A DNA stretch of 64,000 nucleotides from Prorocentrum cordatum (lineage: Eukaryota): positions 1 to 64,000 of the forward strand of contig CAUYUJ010000261.1 of NCBI GenBank assembly GCA_963575745.1, given 5' to 3'. Shown one piece after another: positions 12,886 to 23,367 of the stretch. The notes beneath the pieces are model-generated. The model was not told the DNA's origin. It worked only from the letters and a program-made list of their open reading frames with translations, and did not search any database. A program made the translations under genes and the position numbers. The stretch's first letter is position 1. The number at the start of each line of letters is the position of its first letter.

Positions 12886-13619
12886 AGAGACCGTGCGGGC
12901 ATCGAAAACTTCGCTTTACCATCCTCCCTCTCCTGTTCTGCCTCTGCCTCCTCCGCCTGCTCCTCGGCTTGCCCACCCTCCTCGACGCCCCCGTCACTTG
13001 GGGCCCCGCCCTCCCCTCCTCCCCAGCGCATCGCTCCTCCCCCTCCAATATGATTTCCCGTTGCGTGCCTCCTCGTCGTCGTCGTCGTCCTCCTCCTCCC
13101 CTCACCTCCTCCTCTTCCTCCTGCTGCTCCTCCTCACTTGCCCTCCTCTCCTCACTCTCCTCCTCCTCCTCCTCCTCCTCCTCCGTCTCCTCCTCGCATC
13201 CCTCCTCTCTCTCCTCTCCTCCTCCTCCTCCTCCTCCACTCCTCCTCCTCCTCCTCCTCCTCCTCCTCCTCCTCCTCCTCCTCCTCCTTCTTCTCCTATC
13301 CGTCTCGTGTTATTGATTTGCTTATGCGCGTTGCCATCCCTTTCCTCCATTCCCCTCTCCCCCTCCCCTTGCCTCCTCCAGCTAATGGTCCGCGCCCCAC
13401 CTCTCAACTCGCCCTGCTGGCCCCGCGCGCAGCGTTGATGGCCCTCCCCCGCTTCTTGGGCGAGCGCCCCCTAGCGACAGGGGATGGCCTTTGCAACGTC
13501 AGCGCGGGGGGCGCGCAACTTTCGCGCCGGGGCCCCCCTCCTCAGGCAGCGCAGGGGGGGCGGGGCGTTGGGGCAGGGGTCGGTGGAGGCAGAACTGGGT
13601 TGGCTATGTGCTTTTCCTT
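12886..13619. other. Microsatellite-rich insert or intron inside the transposase
   Basis: Flanked by a GT direct repeat. Removal restores LPEV-TEIGHD. Alternatively a minus-strand GT-AG intron at 13624-12880 gives LPE-IGHD in frame. Confidence 0.65.
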
Positions 13620-14350
13620 GTGACCTCGGGCAGCTTGATCTTGCACTGGAAGCAGCGCTCCGCGTCCTGCCACCCTGGCAGCTTCAGCACCTCCTTGAAC
13701 ATCTTCCAGTCGCCCTTGATCTGGCAAACAACGCCCCTGAGAGGGAGTCGCCCTCTCTCGCTATGCTGTTTGGCCCTCCACTTGTCGCTCTTCCCGAATG
13801 GCGATCCATCGTGTCTGCACGATGGCCACGTTTTGGTTGCGAGGTGCGCGAATGACCAGCGGACAATTTCAAAAATGTCATCCAGGGTGTTTGGGGACAA
13901 CTGGTTCTTCAGCAAGCATGCGATGGGCACGCGGAGGATCGCGTAGCGCTCCTCTAAGCCAGGCAACAGGAGCGAAACAATGTCAGCGGTCACGCTGCGG
14001 TCCCAGTTACAAGGCACACCGTCTTGCCAGATGCCGCATGGGACCGTGTCGGAGTCGCCGAGGGACGACGCTGCACGGTTGAACTGCTCCAGCGAAACGG
14101 GATCTAACCCAGACGTGCCAGTCATAACATCTGCGTGGCCGAAGAACGCCAAACGATCCAAAATCTCGTGGGGCAGCATTATATGTATTTTCTGCAGCTC
14201 CTCCACCTGCCTTTTAGTGTTCCACACCCGCTCGTCGCACACGTACAAGGGTGGCCAACCGTTCTTTCTGATAATCTGGCGAAAGAAACTCGGAGCATTG
14301 CCCGGGCATTTTTCTGATGGTACTAAATCAGCAACGCCTGTGGCACCAGA

Positions 14351-16119
14351 TCAGTTGAGCGGAAGATCGGGACAAATCGGAACCGGGACAAATCGGAACC
14401 AGAGATTCTGGGAGAGCTCCAGAGAAAAATAGAACGTCGATTTGTGGAGCGTCGCGCGCGCATTCGCAGAAGTTCCCAAAGAGTGTTCGAGGGCTTGAGG
14501 AGCCCAAGTAACACATGGGCGCTCAATTAAACTGTTGAGGGCGGGCAGAAAATCTGGTGTGCACGAGCATTGTGAGCGGGTGCGCGGCTTGCACGGGGGG
14601 CGCAGTAGGTTTGCGTTTTCAGGGACTTGGGCGCCGGCCAATGCGCTGATGGGGGGCCCGAGAATGCGTCGCACATATTACGCCTGTGGCGCCATGGAGG
14701 CCGCGCTTGCGGTTGCCGGTGGGCGGGCGCCCCGCCGCGCGCACCGTGGCGACAGCTCTCTTGGGCGCCCGCCCGCCGCCGTGGACGTAGTGGACCAAGC
14801 TAGTCTCTCGGTCGGCGCGCGGCGGGTCGGCAGCCACGACGCTGGCGGCCTGAAAATGCTTCGAAAGTGTTTCTCCCCGAGCCCGGGGCTATTGTACGAT
14901 TTCGGTGGCACGCGCAGCTCGGAGAAAAATCGCCTTGTCCGTCGGCGGCCAGTTGGCTGTCGTCGCGCAGAAGTACCGGCGGATGGCGCGGTCCACGCTC
15001 AGCGCAGAGAGCGTGTCCATGAGCGTGGACTCGTCGAGGGGCAGGAGGAAGGACCTCGCGGTCGGGACCATCGCGGCCCGCGATGTCCACGGCCTCCACC
15101 CTGGGCGCGCGAGGACCTGCTGGGCGCCGCCGCAGCGCGATCTCAGAGGATCTCGGAACCAGAAATCCGGGCGCGCCAAATTTCGCGGGCCGGAAAACTC
15201 TCAGAAAGTTTCGGCCAGCTCCGAGGTTTTGGGTTTATGGGAATATTTCACGCGGGGTGGCTAGTCCAGAGATTTTCAGAGATTCTCAGAGAAGTTCGGA
15301 CGCGAGAATTTGGCGCGCCCCGGTTTCTGGTTCTGTGAATCTCTGAAAAGCGGTTCCTTAGGTTTTACGGGGTCTCCAGGCGTCCTACTGTCAGCCAGAG
15401 ACGAGCGACTGGCTGGCGCTGCGCCCGATGCTTCCGGAGTTGCGAACTCGGTCTTCGATTCCCTGGGGCCCGCGGTCCCCTGGGCCAATTGCGAGGTTGC
15501 CGAGCCCCCCAGGCGGTTGCGCGCGATTGTCTCGGAAACCGGAGTTGGGCATCCATGGTGGACGCCCGCGCGCACGCGCTCGGTGTCCGCGAGATTGTTC
15601 GGTGGCGGATCTTGCATGGCGCGGGGATTTTCTAAAGACTTTCCGGGGTGTTCTCTACGGTTATTTCGGCGCGTTTCAGGAACCTTGGGGCGGCGCGGGG
15701 AAGTCGCCTGGCCGCGCGCGTGACTTCTTTTCCAATGCCGTCTTGGGCATTATCGCGGTGTTGCTTGGCCGAAGAGGTCACTGAGTAACGCGATGTTTGA
15801 CATTTTCGTGTTTTTTCGTTGCGTTGGTTGCGCGATTGCTTTGGCGGTCCGCCTCCTTGGGGCCCCCTTTGGGCCTCAAGTTTGTTTTGTTGACGTCGGG
15901 TCTTCTGGAGTGAAAGGCGCTTGGCGCTGAATTCCCTCGGTCGTGCGCGTGGCCAAATACGCGCCGTGGCTTCATCCGCGCCGGGGCGCTTTTCTTCCCT
16001 CGCGAAGCCGATGGCGCCCAAGGCGTGGCAGGCCCGTTCGGCGGCGCCCCCGGTGATTTGAAAAACCGAGCATGATTTTTATCCCGGTCAAATTTTGCCC
16101 CGATCCCGGCTTCGTCTTA
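14351..16119. mobile_element. Nested non-autonomous TIR element, 1769 bp, 5-bp TSD
   Basis: CCAGA is duplicated at 14346-14350 and 16120-16124. Degenerate TIRs (gatcgggacaaatcggaaccgggacaaatc vs gatcggggcaaaatttgaccgggataaaatc). Removal restores the transposase frame. Confidence 0.8.
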
Positions 16120-16280
16120 CCAGAGCGGTGGATGTCGTTTGCCAATTGGAGCCCCCTGGCGCCCGACACGAAGTTGCGCGACACGAAGTCAGCGACATTC
16201 GCCCTCAGGCGTTTGTCTGCTGGCAGCGCGCGCCTGTCATAAGGCAGCGCGCGTTTGGACAGCATGCTGCGGCGACCTCT

Positions 16281-16325
16281 CTCGAGCCAAAGGCCACGGT
16301 CGTCCCTCGAGCCAAAAGCTACGGA
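16281..16325 (-). other. Two tandem relict spliced-leader-like sequences 5' of the transposase
   Basis: TCCGTAGCTTTTGGCTCGAG (16325-16306) and ACCGTGGCCTTTGGCTCGAG (16300-16281); ATG at 16265. Confidence 0.85.
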
Positions 16326-16482
16326 CGTATCTTGCGCACTGGCGCGCCCTACAACAGGGCCACCCCTGCAGGATAGGGGCGACGAGAAGATGCGAAGGTT
16401 CCCCTCGAGAAGGGGTCGCGCTGGATACCGGGCGAGGCGGCGAAAGGGGGGTGGAACAGCAGAGGGAGAAAAGGAGAGAACG

Positions 16483-16564
<82 letters not shown>

Positions 16565-16821
16565 AGAACAGACGAACGTGAGTGAGAGCGAGAAGCAACG
16601 AACGGACAGACAAACAGACAGACAGACAGGAAACAGACAGACAGACAGACAGAGATAGGCAGAGACAGACAGGGGCAGACAGACAGAGAGCCCCTATCAA
16701 GGTATGCGCGCATTTTTTCTTGTTGGAGCGTCGCCTTGCGCCTCCATCTCTAGCGTCTGCGCGCCGAGGGAATGATATGGATGTAACTCAGGGGGCTACG
16801 AACATGATATGGAAACGCCAC

Positions 16822-18019
16822 TCACTCCACGTAGCGCGAGAACCTCTTGACCGCCAGTTCGATGCCGTCCAGGTGGTGCTCTGCGGTGGACTTCATGGCT
16901 ACGAGATCCTTGTTCAGATTGGCATAATCATCTTTCTTCTCGTTCGTCTCGTGAGTGATTCCCGTCTTCTCGATCAGGAGCTCCACCGCCTCCTCGTGAT
17001 CAGTCGCGCTCTTGAGGGTCTTGTCAGCCTCCTTTGCCCAGGTGTCATATCGGCCTTTGTCACTGTCCTTGGCAGTCTTGGCGAGATTGTGGAGCTTCGC
17101 GCGGAGCGTCTTCAGCTTCTTCATCTCAGCCTGGTACTTCGACAGGGTAGACCTAAGCGCAAGAAGAGGGAGGGGGGGGGGCGTCTGTGAGGGGAGTGAG
17201 CAGGAAGACGAGGGAGAGGAGAGATTGCTGAGGCGATGGCGTGATCGAATCCTTGTTCGCCTGGATGTTCGGCCACAGCGGGTTCTCCAGCTTCACTGGG
17301 TTCGCGCTCGCACTGCTGCTGCCACTGCGCAGCTCCCCCATCCTGGCTGCTGCCCATTCCAGCGCTTTTGCCGACTTGACGTTTCCCTCGCCCGTAAACT
17401 TTTTCTTGTCAGACGTCTCCAAGCTGTCCTCAGACATCTGTGGGAAAATGAAATAGAACTCGTGCCACAATATGCGGTCCTTCTTGTCGTACTTCACTGG
17501 AAACGCCTCCTTCGTATTGCACGTCTGCGAATTATCCTCCCACCACTCCTGGACGAACTCGAGAGCCAGCTTATGACCCTTAAAATCTGACAATGAAAGG
17601 TTCTGTTCTTTCAAAGCTTGCGGAACTGTGACGTACCCCTTCTTGGCCCATTCCCTATGTTTTTCTGCATTTTCGCATTCTTCGTGAAACGTATGCACCC
17701 AGTCCAAGTTCTTGCTCTTATCCTTCTGGACGCTCTCCAAGAACATCTTGCGCTCTGAAGGGCTCTTGCAACTCGACCAAACTGCCTGCGCTTCCGCTGC
17801 CTTCTTCTGCAAATCTGCATCAGTGCCCGAGGAATTGAGCTTGAGCCAGTTGCGCATCTTTGTGGCCTCCTTCGGGTCGACCCCCTCCCCCTTAGAAGCC
17901 TTGCATCTCTTAGGAGCGGGGCCAGAGTCGTCGCCTTTCTCCCCGCACACCATCGACGAACAAAGAATCATCATCGGCACGACATACGCGAAGCAAGAAA
18001 CCGCGGCGGGAGGAGGCAT
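16822..18019 (-). CDS. Transposon accessory gene 2, unknown helical protein, two exons
   Basis: ATG 18019 (MPPPAAV...NPLWPNIQ). A predicted GC-AG intron 17260-17131 (ccag|gc at both ends) joins in frame to AEMKKLKTLRAKL...RFSRYVE*. Confidence 0.7.
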
Positions 18020-18092
18020 GCTGTCGAACCGTACAAGGATCCAACACTCGCAAATGTAAATATGACAATCAGCGCGCCGAAAACAAGCAGAC

Positions 18093-18115
18093 CTTGAGCC
18101 GAAAAGCACTTACGG
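18093..18115 (-). other. Relict spliced-leader-like sequence
   Basis: CCGTAAGTGCTTTTCGGCTCAAG, 5' of ATG 18019. Confidence 0.7.
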
Positions 18116-18806
18116 GATGCATGCTGCCCCCTCCCCCCTTTGGCCCTACCTGCCTCCTTCCTCGTCGGTCCTTCCTTGCCGTAGCGTCCTGATCCACAGA
18201 AATCCGCCATGCTCATCCTGCCCCCCAGAAAGCCCCTACAGTAGGGGCACGAACCAAGAGGACACTGAGATCTAGGCTAGATACCCCTATCAAGGGGTGA
18301 TCACGGACTGCGAGCGAATGGTAAGCATTTGCACTACCGCTATTAAGCTGATCAGAGTGTAGGGTCAGAAGCCCCGTGGTCAAACCACCCGTCTTTGTTC
18401 GGAAGTGTTGGTTTCATCAGGCAACGCAAAGTGAACCAATCTGCAGCTAGAAAGCGGGCAATCTCGTTTCTGAAATTCTATTACATAGAATTTCTATTTA
18501 ATAGAATGTGGGTTTTGTTTGATACTTCCTTCAATTCTATTCAATAGAATTTCTATTTAATAAAATCGGGTGTGTCTTCTGTGGCCCAGCTGAGCGGGCT
18601 TCCAGTCGCAGCCAGCGTGCAACGACTGTCGTAGATATGGATGTGAAACCCACCGCGGGTCTCAGGCCTCCTTCGCGCCGCACACGAGGAAGTCGTCCTC
18701 TGGGAGGGGGGGTGGGCGGGGGGAGGGGCGCGCAAGTGCAATGTGTGGGAGGGAGACAGACCCACTACAGAAGTGGTGACGGCTCCCAAGGAAACGCATC
18801 GCGGTC

Positions 18807-21276
18807 CTAGTTCCCCTTGCGGCCGCCCTTCTTGCCGTCCTTCTTGCCCCCGCCCTTCTTCGCCTGGGCGTCCTCGTCTTTCTTCCGCTTCTCCTCCTCG
18901 TCTTTCTTCCGCTGGTCCTCCTCGCGTTTCTTCCGTTCCTCCTCCGCCTTCCGATCGGAATCCTCTCTCTGCTTCCTCTCGGCTTCTGCCCTCGCGTCGT
19001 CCTCTTCCTTCTTATTCCTCTCTTCCGCTGCTGTGCGGGCCTGCTCTGCTTGCGCCAGTCTCCGCTCCTCTGCAGCCTTCCTGTCGTTCTCCTCTTTCTG
19101 CAGCCTCTCTGCGTCAGCCCTCTCCTGCTCCGCAGCAGCCGTGGCCATAGAAGCCGCCGTCGCCACCTCCAGCGGACTCGCAGTGCTTGCGCAACTGCCC
19201 CCGCCTCCCCCGCGCCTGGCGTCAGCTCTCTTTTTCTTGCGTTCTCGCTCGTGGCGCCTGTCCTCTCCCTGCTTGCGCTTCCGACTTTCTTCGGTTGCGC
19301 TCCTGGATTCCTCCTCTTGCAGCCTCATCGCCGCAGCCTCCTCTTCTTCCTGTTGCCTCTGTTTTTCACGCTCCTCCGCCTCTTTTCGATCCTGCTCGAT
19401 TCGTTGGAAAGCTTCGGCTGATCTGCTAGCGACGCTCACCTCTGCTTGCTCCAAGACGCGCAGGACTTGCCTCGTCATCTCTGCTCTCCTCCTCCTCTCG
19501 TCGGCCTTCGCTTGAATCTCCCTTTCTTCCGCCTGCCTGGCTGCTTCCTTCCTCTCTTCCTCTTGTCGCCGAAGAGCTGCTTCCTCGCGTCGTCGGGCTG
19601 CTTCCTCGTCCCTCCGCGCCTGCTCCTGCAGAGCCCTCCTGTCCATCTCCTCGCGTGAAGCCGTTCTCTCGCGCCTCCTCCTCCTCAGCCTCTTCGGGAT
19701 TTCGCGCCCTCTCTTGTTGAGATCCTCCGTCTCAGCGCCGCTAGCGTCGTCTGCGTCCGCCTCTGGGCTGAGCGGGGCCCCCTCGGAGGTCTCGGTCTGC
19801 ATTCCTGCCTCCTGCGTCGCAGGCTGCGTCGCTGGATGCGCGCCTGCAGCTCATGCTTCCGCGCCTCCTCCACCTGCTTCCGCGCCTCCTCCTGCTCCCT
19901 CGGCCAAGCCCTGGGGATTGCGGACAATATGCCCCTAGCTGAGGGGTCATTAATACAAGTAGGGATGTTTGCACCCCTAGCAAAGGGGAATCTTATCGTA
20001 GGGCTGTTTTGGCGTCCCCTAGCGCAAGGGTGCTTTATTTCCTGATCCCCATCGCGTCCTCGGTGGCGTTCGCGAGAGCTTGCTCGTTCCTGTCCATCCT
20101 CTGCTGCTGCCACCTGGGAGGGGGAAAGGGGGGGGGGGAGCAGGAGGAGGAGACGGTGGAGGAGGAGGAGGGGGGGGGGGAGGATGGAGGAGGAGGAAGA
20201 GAAAGGAGGGGAAAGGAGGAGGCAGGAGGGAGGAGGCGGAGGAGGAGGAGAAAAGAAAACGGATGTGAAGAGGGAGAAGGGGGGAGGGAGGGAGGGAGGG
20301 GGGGAGGAGGAGGAGGAGGAGGATGAGGAGGAGGAGGAGGAAGAGAAGGGGGAGGAGGAAGAGGAGGAGAAGGAAGGAGAGGAGGAGGAAGAAGGGAAGG
20401 AGGAGGAGAAAGAGGAGGAGGAGGAGGAGGAGGAGGAGGAGGAGGAAGAACCCTGCAAGAACAGGAACTCGGATTGAAAAACTGCGAAAAGTTTTTCATA
20501 CCAAACTCTGGTGACAAGAAAGGTTTATCATGTCAAACTTAGGTTTCCAGTGGGCGCGCAGCGCAATGGGTTCCCATGGGGGCCACCTGGCGCGCTCGGC
20601 CTCCGACTTGCGGCCGCGATAGCGGCGACCTCCTGTGGAGACGAAGCCCCGCTCCGTACACCAGCGAGAGGCGTGGTGCTCCTGGCAGGAACGCGACACG
20701 CACGTGAAGACCCACGTGCGCCTGCTGCACTTATTGCACAGCTGGATCTTGTCCGTGCGCAAGAACGGCCTTGTTGGGGCCCTCGTGTACCGCTTCTCCC
20801 TGATATCCCTCAGCATCTCAGCCTCATCCTCCTCCTCCTCGTCTGAGACGGCGGTCGCGTCGTCCTATAGGGGAGGAAAGGGGGGGAGACGAAACAAATT
20901 CTTTATTGAAGAGGCGTCCCCTAGCAAGGGGTAAGCTTTTGCATCCGACCCAGCGTCCTTCGCGTCATCGAGATGACGCTTCCGCGGAGGATCGCCCCAC
21001 TGGTCGCCGCCGCTGCCTCCCGGAGCAGATCCGCTGCCAGCGATCATCGCCTGAGGGATGGGGGGGGGGAGGGTTGGCGCGCGCCCTCGCTCTTCTCTGG
21101 CTCTACCCAAGGAGTTCCTGGAGGGAGAAGGCTTCTCTTAGAAAACTTTGGTTTCTGAATTCCCTGATCCCCATCTCGCCCCTGACATCCGAACCTCCTG
21201 ATTTGTTTCCAAGACTCGCGGCCTCCGCCCCCTGCGAAGCGAGCCATGCGGCGAGCGCCGCGAGCGCAAGAGCCAT
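18807..21276 (-). CDS. Transposon accessory gene 3: multi-exon, Cys-containing segment plus long charged coiled coil
   Basis: AG|G acceptors at ~21050, ~20864 and ~20113. One exon has LCNKC...CVSRSC. The terminal region 19802-18807 is E/R/K/A-rich and ends KKGGGKKDGKKGGRKGN*. Exact exon structure and start (21276 or 21247) are uncertain. Confidence 0.55.
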
Positions 21277-21341
21277 GCGGCGAGCGCCGCGAGCACAAGA
21301 GCGGCACAAGGCCTTCTCGCGAGCCTCGCGGGCTCGATCGC

Positions 21342-21363
21342 CTTGAGCCGCAAACGGCTGCAC
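21342..21363 (-). other. Relict spliced-leader-like sequence
   Basis: GTGCAGCCGTTTGCGGCTCAAG, 5' of ATG 21276/21247. Confidence 0.65.
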
Positions 21364-21589
21364 TGAACGTAAACAATCGAAATCTCTTGCTGTGGTTCCC
21401 CCGAATGAAGGGGCGCGTCCCCTAACAAGGGGTTCGTGACGCCCCTGGTGGAGGGGATGTAAACATTATATAATAGCGTGAAGAGATGAGATGGCGAGCC
21501 CCTGACAGAGGGGAAGTGCTGCGTAAGATGACGATGTGTGCTGATGATGGTGATGATGATCGTGATGATGAGGAGGAGGGGGAGGATGA

Positions 21590-23088
21590 GGGTAATTCCA
21601 TCGATCAGCTCCTCCATCAGAGCGTCCGCAGCGCCCCGCGCAACATCCTTCCTCTCAGCAATCGCGCCCTCCTTGAGCTGCTCGCACACCTGCCTGCCGA
21701 TGTCGAGCAGCTCCTCCTTCGACACCTTGTCCCTCGCAGCGGCGCCTCCGAACGAGCATAGCTGATTCTTCTCCCCGTGCAGCAGTTTGATCCCCACCCT
21801 GTAGTCCCTCTTGTACCAGTCAAGGTGATAATCGCGCCCGTCGACAGCGCCTCCAACTGCTTCGTCGGCTAGCTCGTCCTCCGCCTCGTCGTCGCCACCG
21901 CCTCCCGCGTCCTGCTGCTCCTCCTCCTCCTCCTCCTTCGTCTTCCTGCCCGCCGCCTTCTTCTCCGTCCGAAGCCTCGCTGGCAGCCTTCGCGTGGGCA
22001 GGGCGCTTCCTGGGAGGTCCCTTCATCGCTGCAGCAGGGCGCTTCCTGGCTGCTTTCATACACTTTTTCTTCATTGTTTTTTGTCAGGTTTCGTCAGCGC
22101 CCCCTTCTCTTGGGCCTCCCGCTTCTTCCGCCCCTCAGCATGGGCAGCGAGCAAGGCGTTGGACTGGTCTGTCTCGATCTTGTCCCCACCAGGCGCGCGT
22201 GCGATCAAGAAACCCATCTCGCCTGCTGACAGCGGCATGCGCGTCTCCTGGCCCGACTCATCAGCAACGACCATGGACGGCGGGTCGGAGTTCCAGTCGT
22301 ACCACGTCACCTGTGATAAAGAAGACGGATGAGTTGGACGGATAGAAGAGGATGATCACAGCAGGAGAAGTTAGCAGGCAGCAGAAAGGGATGGAGAGGA
22401 GGTGAAAAGTGACCTTCTTCGCAGAGCTAGAAGCGGCAGGTGCAGCGGAAGGGCGCGCAGGTGACTCCATCACCTCCTGGCTGGAGAAAACGACGAGCGG
22501 GCTGTGCACTTCGTCCTTTTTGGTCTTCGCCTTGGGCGGTGGAGAAATCCCATTTAGCTCCTTGATCAGCTTGTGCCTTGCGTCTGCTGGACTGCGTGGT
22601 GCACTCGCGGCTGGGGCCGAGCTCTCGGCACGAGTGTCATCCGCGGAGGTGCTCTCGACGACGTTATCACTGCGTGGCGTCCCCTTCTTTTTGCCAGAAG
22701 AAGTACGACCGCACTCCAAGTTCATCGCCTGTCCGAGGGTCCTCGTGTAGTGATCCAGCTTCTCCGCGGTCACGGCGCTCCTGAACTTGTTCACTACGTA
22801 GCTGACGCACCTGCTCATCTCAGTGGCCCAGCGCTTCGCTTCCTCTGCCGCGAGGTGCGTCTTCTGCGAAATGATGGCCTTCGTGAGCGCTGTGGAGCTC
22901 AAGCGCTGCGACGCCTGGCACGCATCCAACAAGAACGGCATGTTATCTTTGATGATCTGCTCCGTTGTGCCATTGATGTAGTTCTTCTCGATCAATGACA
23001 CGCGCTGCTTCGCCAAGTCAACCATGGCCTCATCGCCGAGCTGGCAAGTGCGGTAGAGGCGCGGCTTCTCCTTAGAAGCGCCCCCCAT
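21590..23088 (-). CDS. Transposon accessory gene 4, unknown; basic MK/KRPA-rich linker; frameshifted
   Basis: ATG 23088 (MGGASKEKPRLY...SSSAKK). A GT-AG intron 22413-22311 joins in frame to VTWYDWNSD.... Then MKKKCMKAARKRPAAAMKGPPRKRPA and a C-terminal WYK...GIKLLHGEKNQLCSFGG...LLDIGRQVCEQLKEG in shifted frames. Confidence 0.65.
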
Positions 23089-23116
23089 CTCAACGCAATG
23101 CCTGCTGCCACTCGCG

Positions 23117-23136
23117 TTTGAGCAAATGGCTACAGA
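23117..23136 (-). other. Relict spliced-leader-like sequence
   Basis: TCTGTAGCCATTTGCTCAAA, 28 nt upstream of ATG 23088. Confidence 0.8.
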
Positions 23137-23367
23137 AAAAAATGGTAAACGAAAAGGAAGTGCCCCTAAATTTGAAGGGGTCCCAGGAAGCTCTTCCCCT
23201 AGCAAGGGGTGACGTCGCGCAACCATGAGGGATCATGTCGAACACAACATAGGAAAGCGTACTTAATATATTGGCGCCCGCCGCGAGCGAATATATTCGA
23301 ACATGGGTTCTCGCTAAGAGCAAATATTTTGGTGTTTGCAATATATTGGTGTATTGGATACTCAAGG

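Larger units (their letters stand above)
12069..16265 (-). pseudogene. EnSpm/CACTA-like DDE transposase (~560 aa reconstructed), interrupted twice, one frameshift
   Basis: Pieces 16265-16120 (MLSKRALP...NDIHRSG), 14350-13622 (ATGVADL...GIWQDGVP...QIKGDWKMF...RCFQCK) and 12885-12069 (EIGHDAPW...LDWLRCADLG...IKPKLHHFLE...HWNYRDEDFGG). The first two join in frame once the insert is removed. The motifs DG, GD, CxxC, DxL(H>R), PKxH and WxYxxE follow the CMC transposase order. There is a 1-nt frameshift near 12765. Confidence 0.8.
11918..23367 (-). mobile_element. EnSpm/CACTA (CMC)-like DNA transposon, 11.45 kb, four genes
   Basis: TIR CCTTGAGCATCCAATACACCAATATATTGCAAACACCAATATATT (11918-11962) matches the reverse complement of 23323-23367 with 2 mismatches. 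GA is duplicated at 11916-11917 and 23368-23369, and the satellite resumes in register. Contains a DDE transposase-like gene. Confidence 0.9.
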
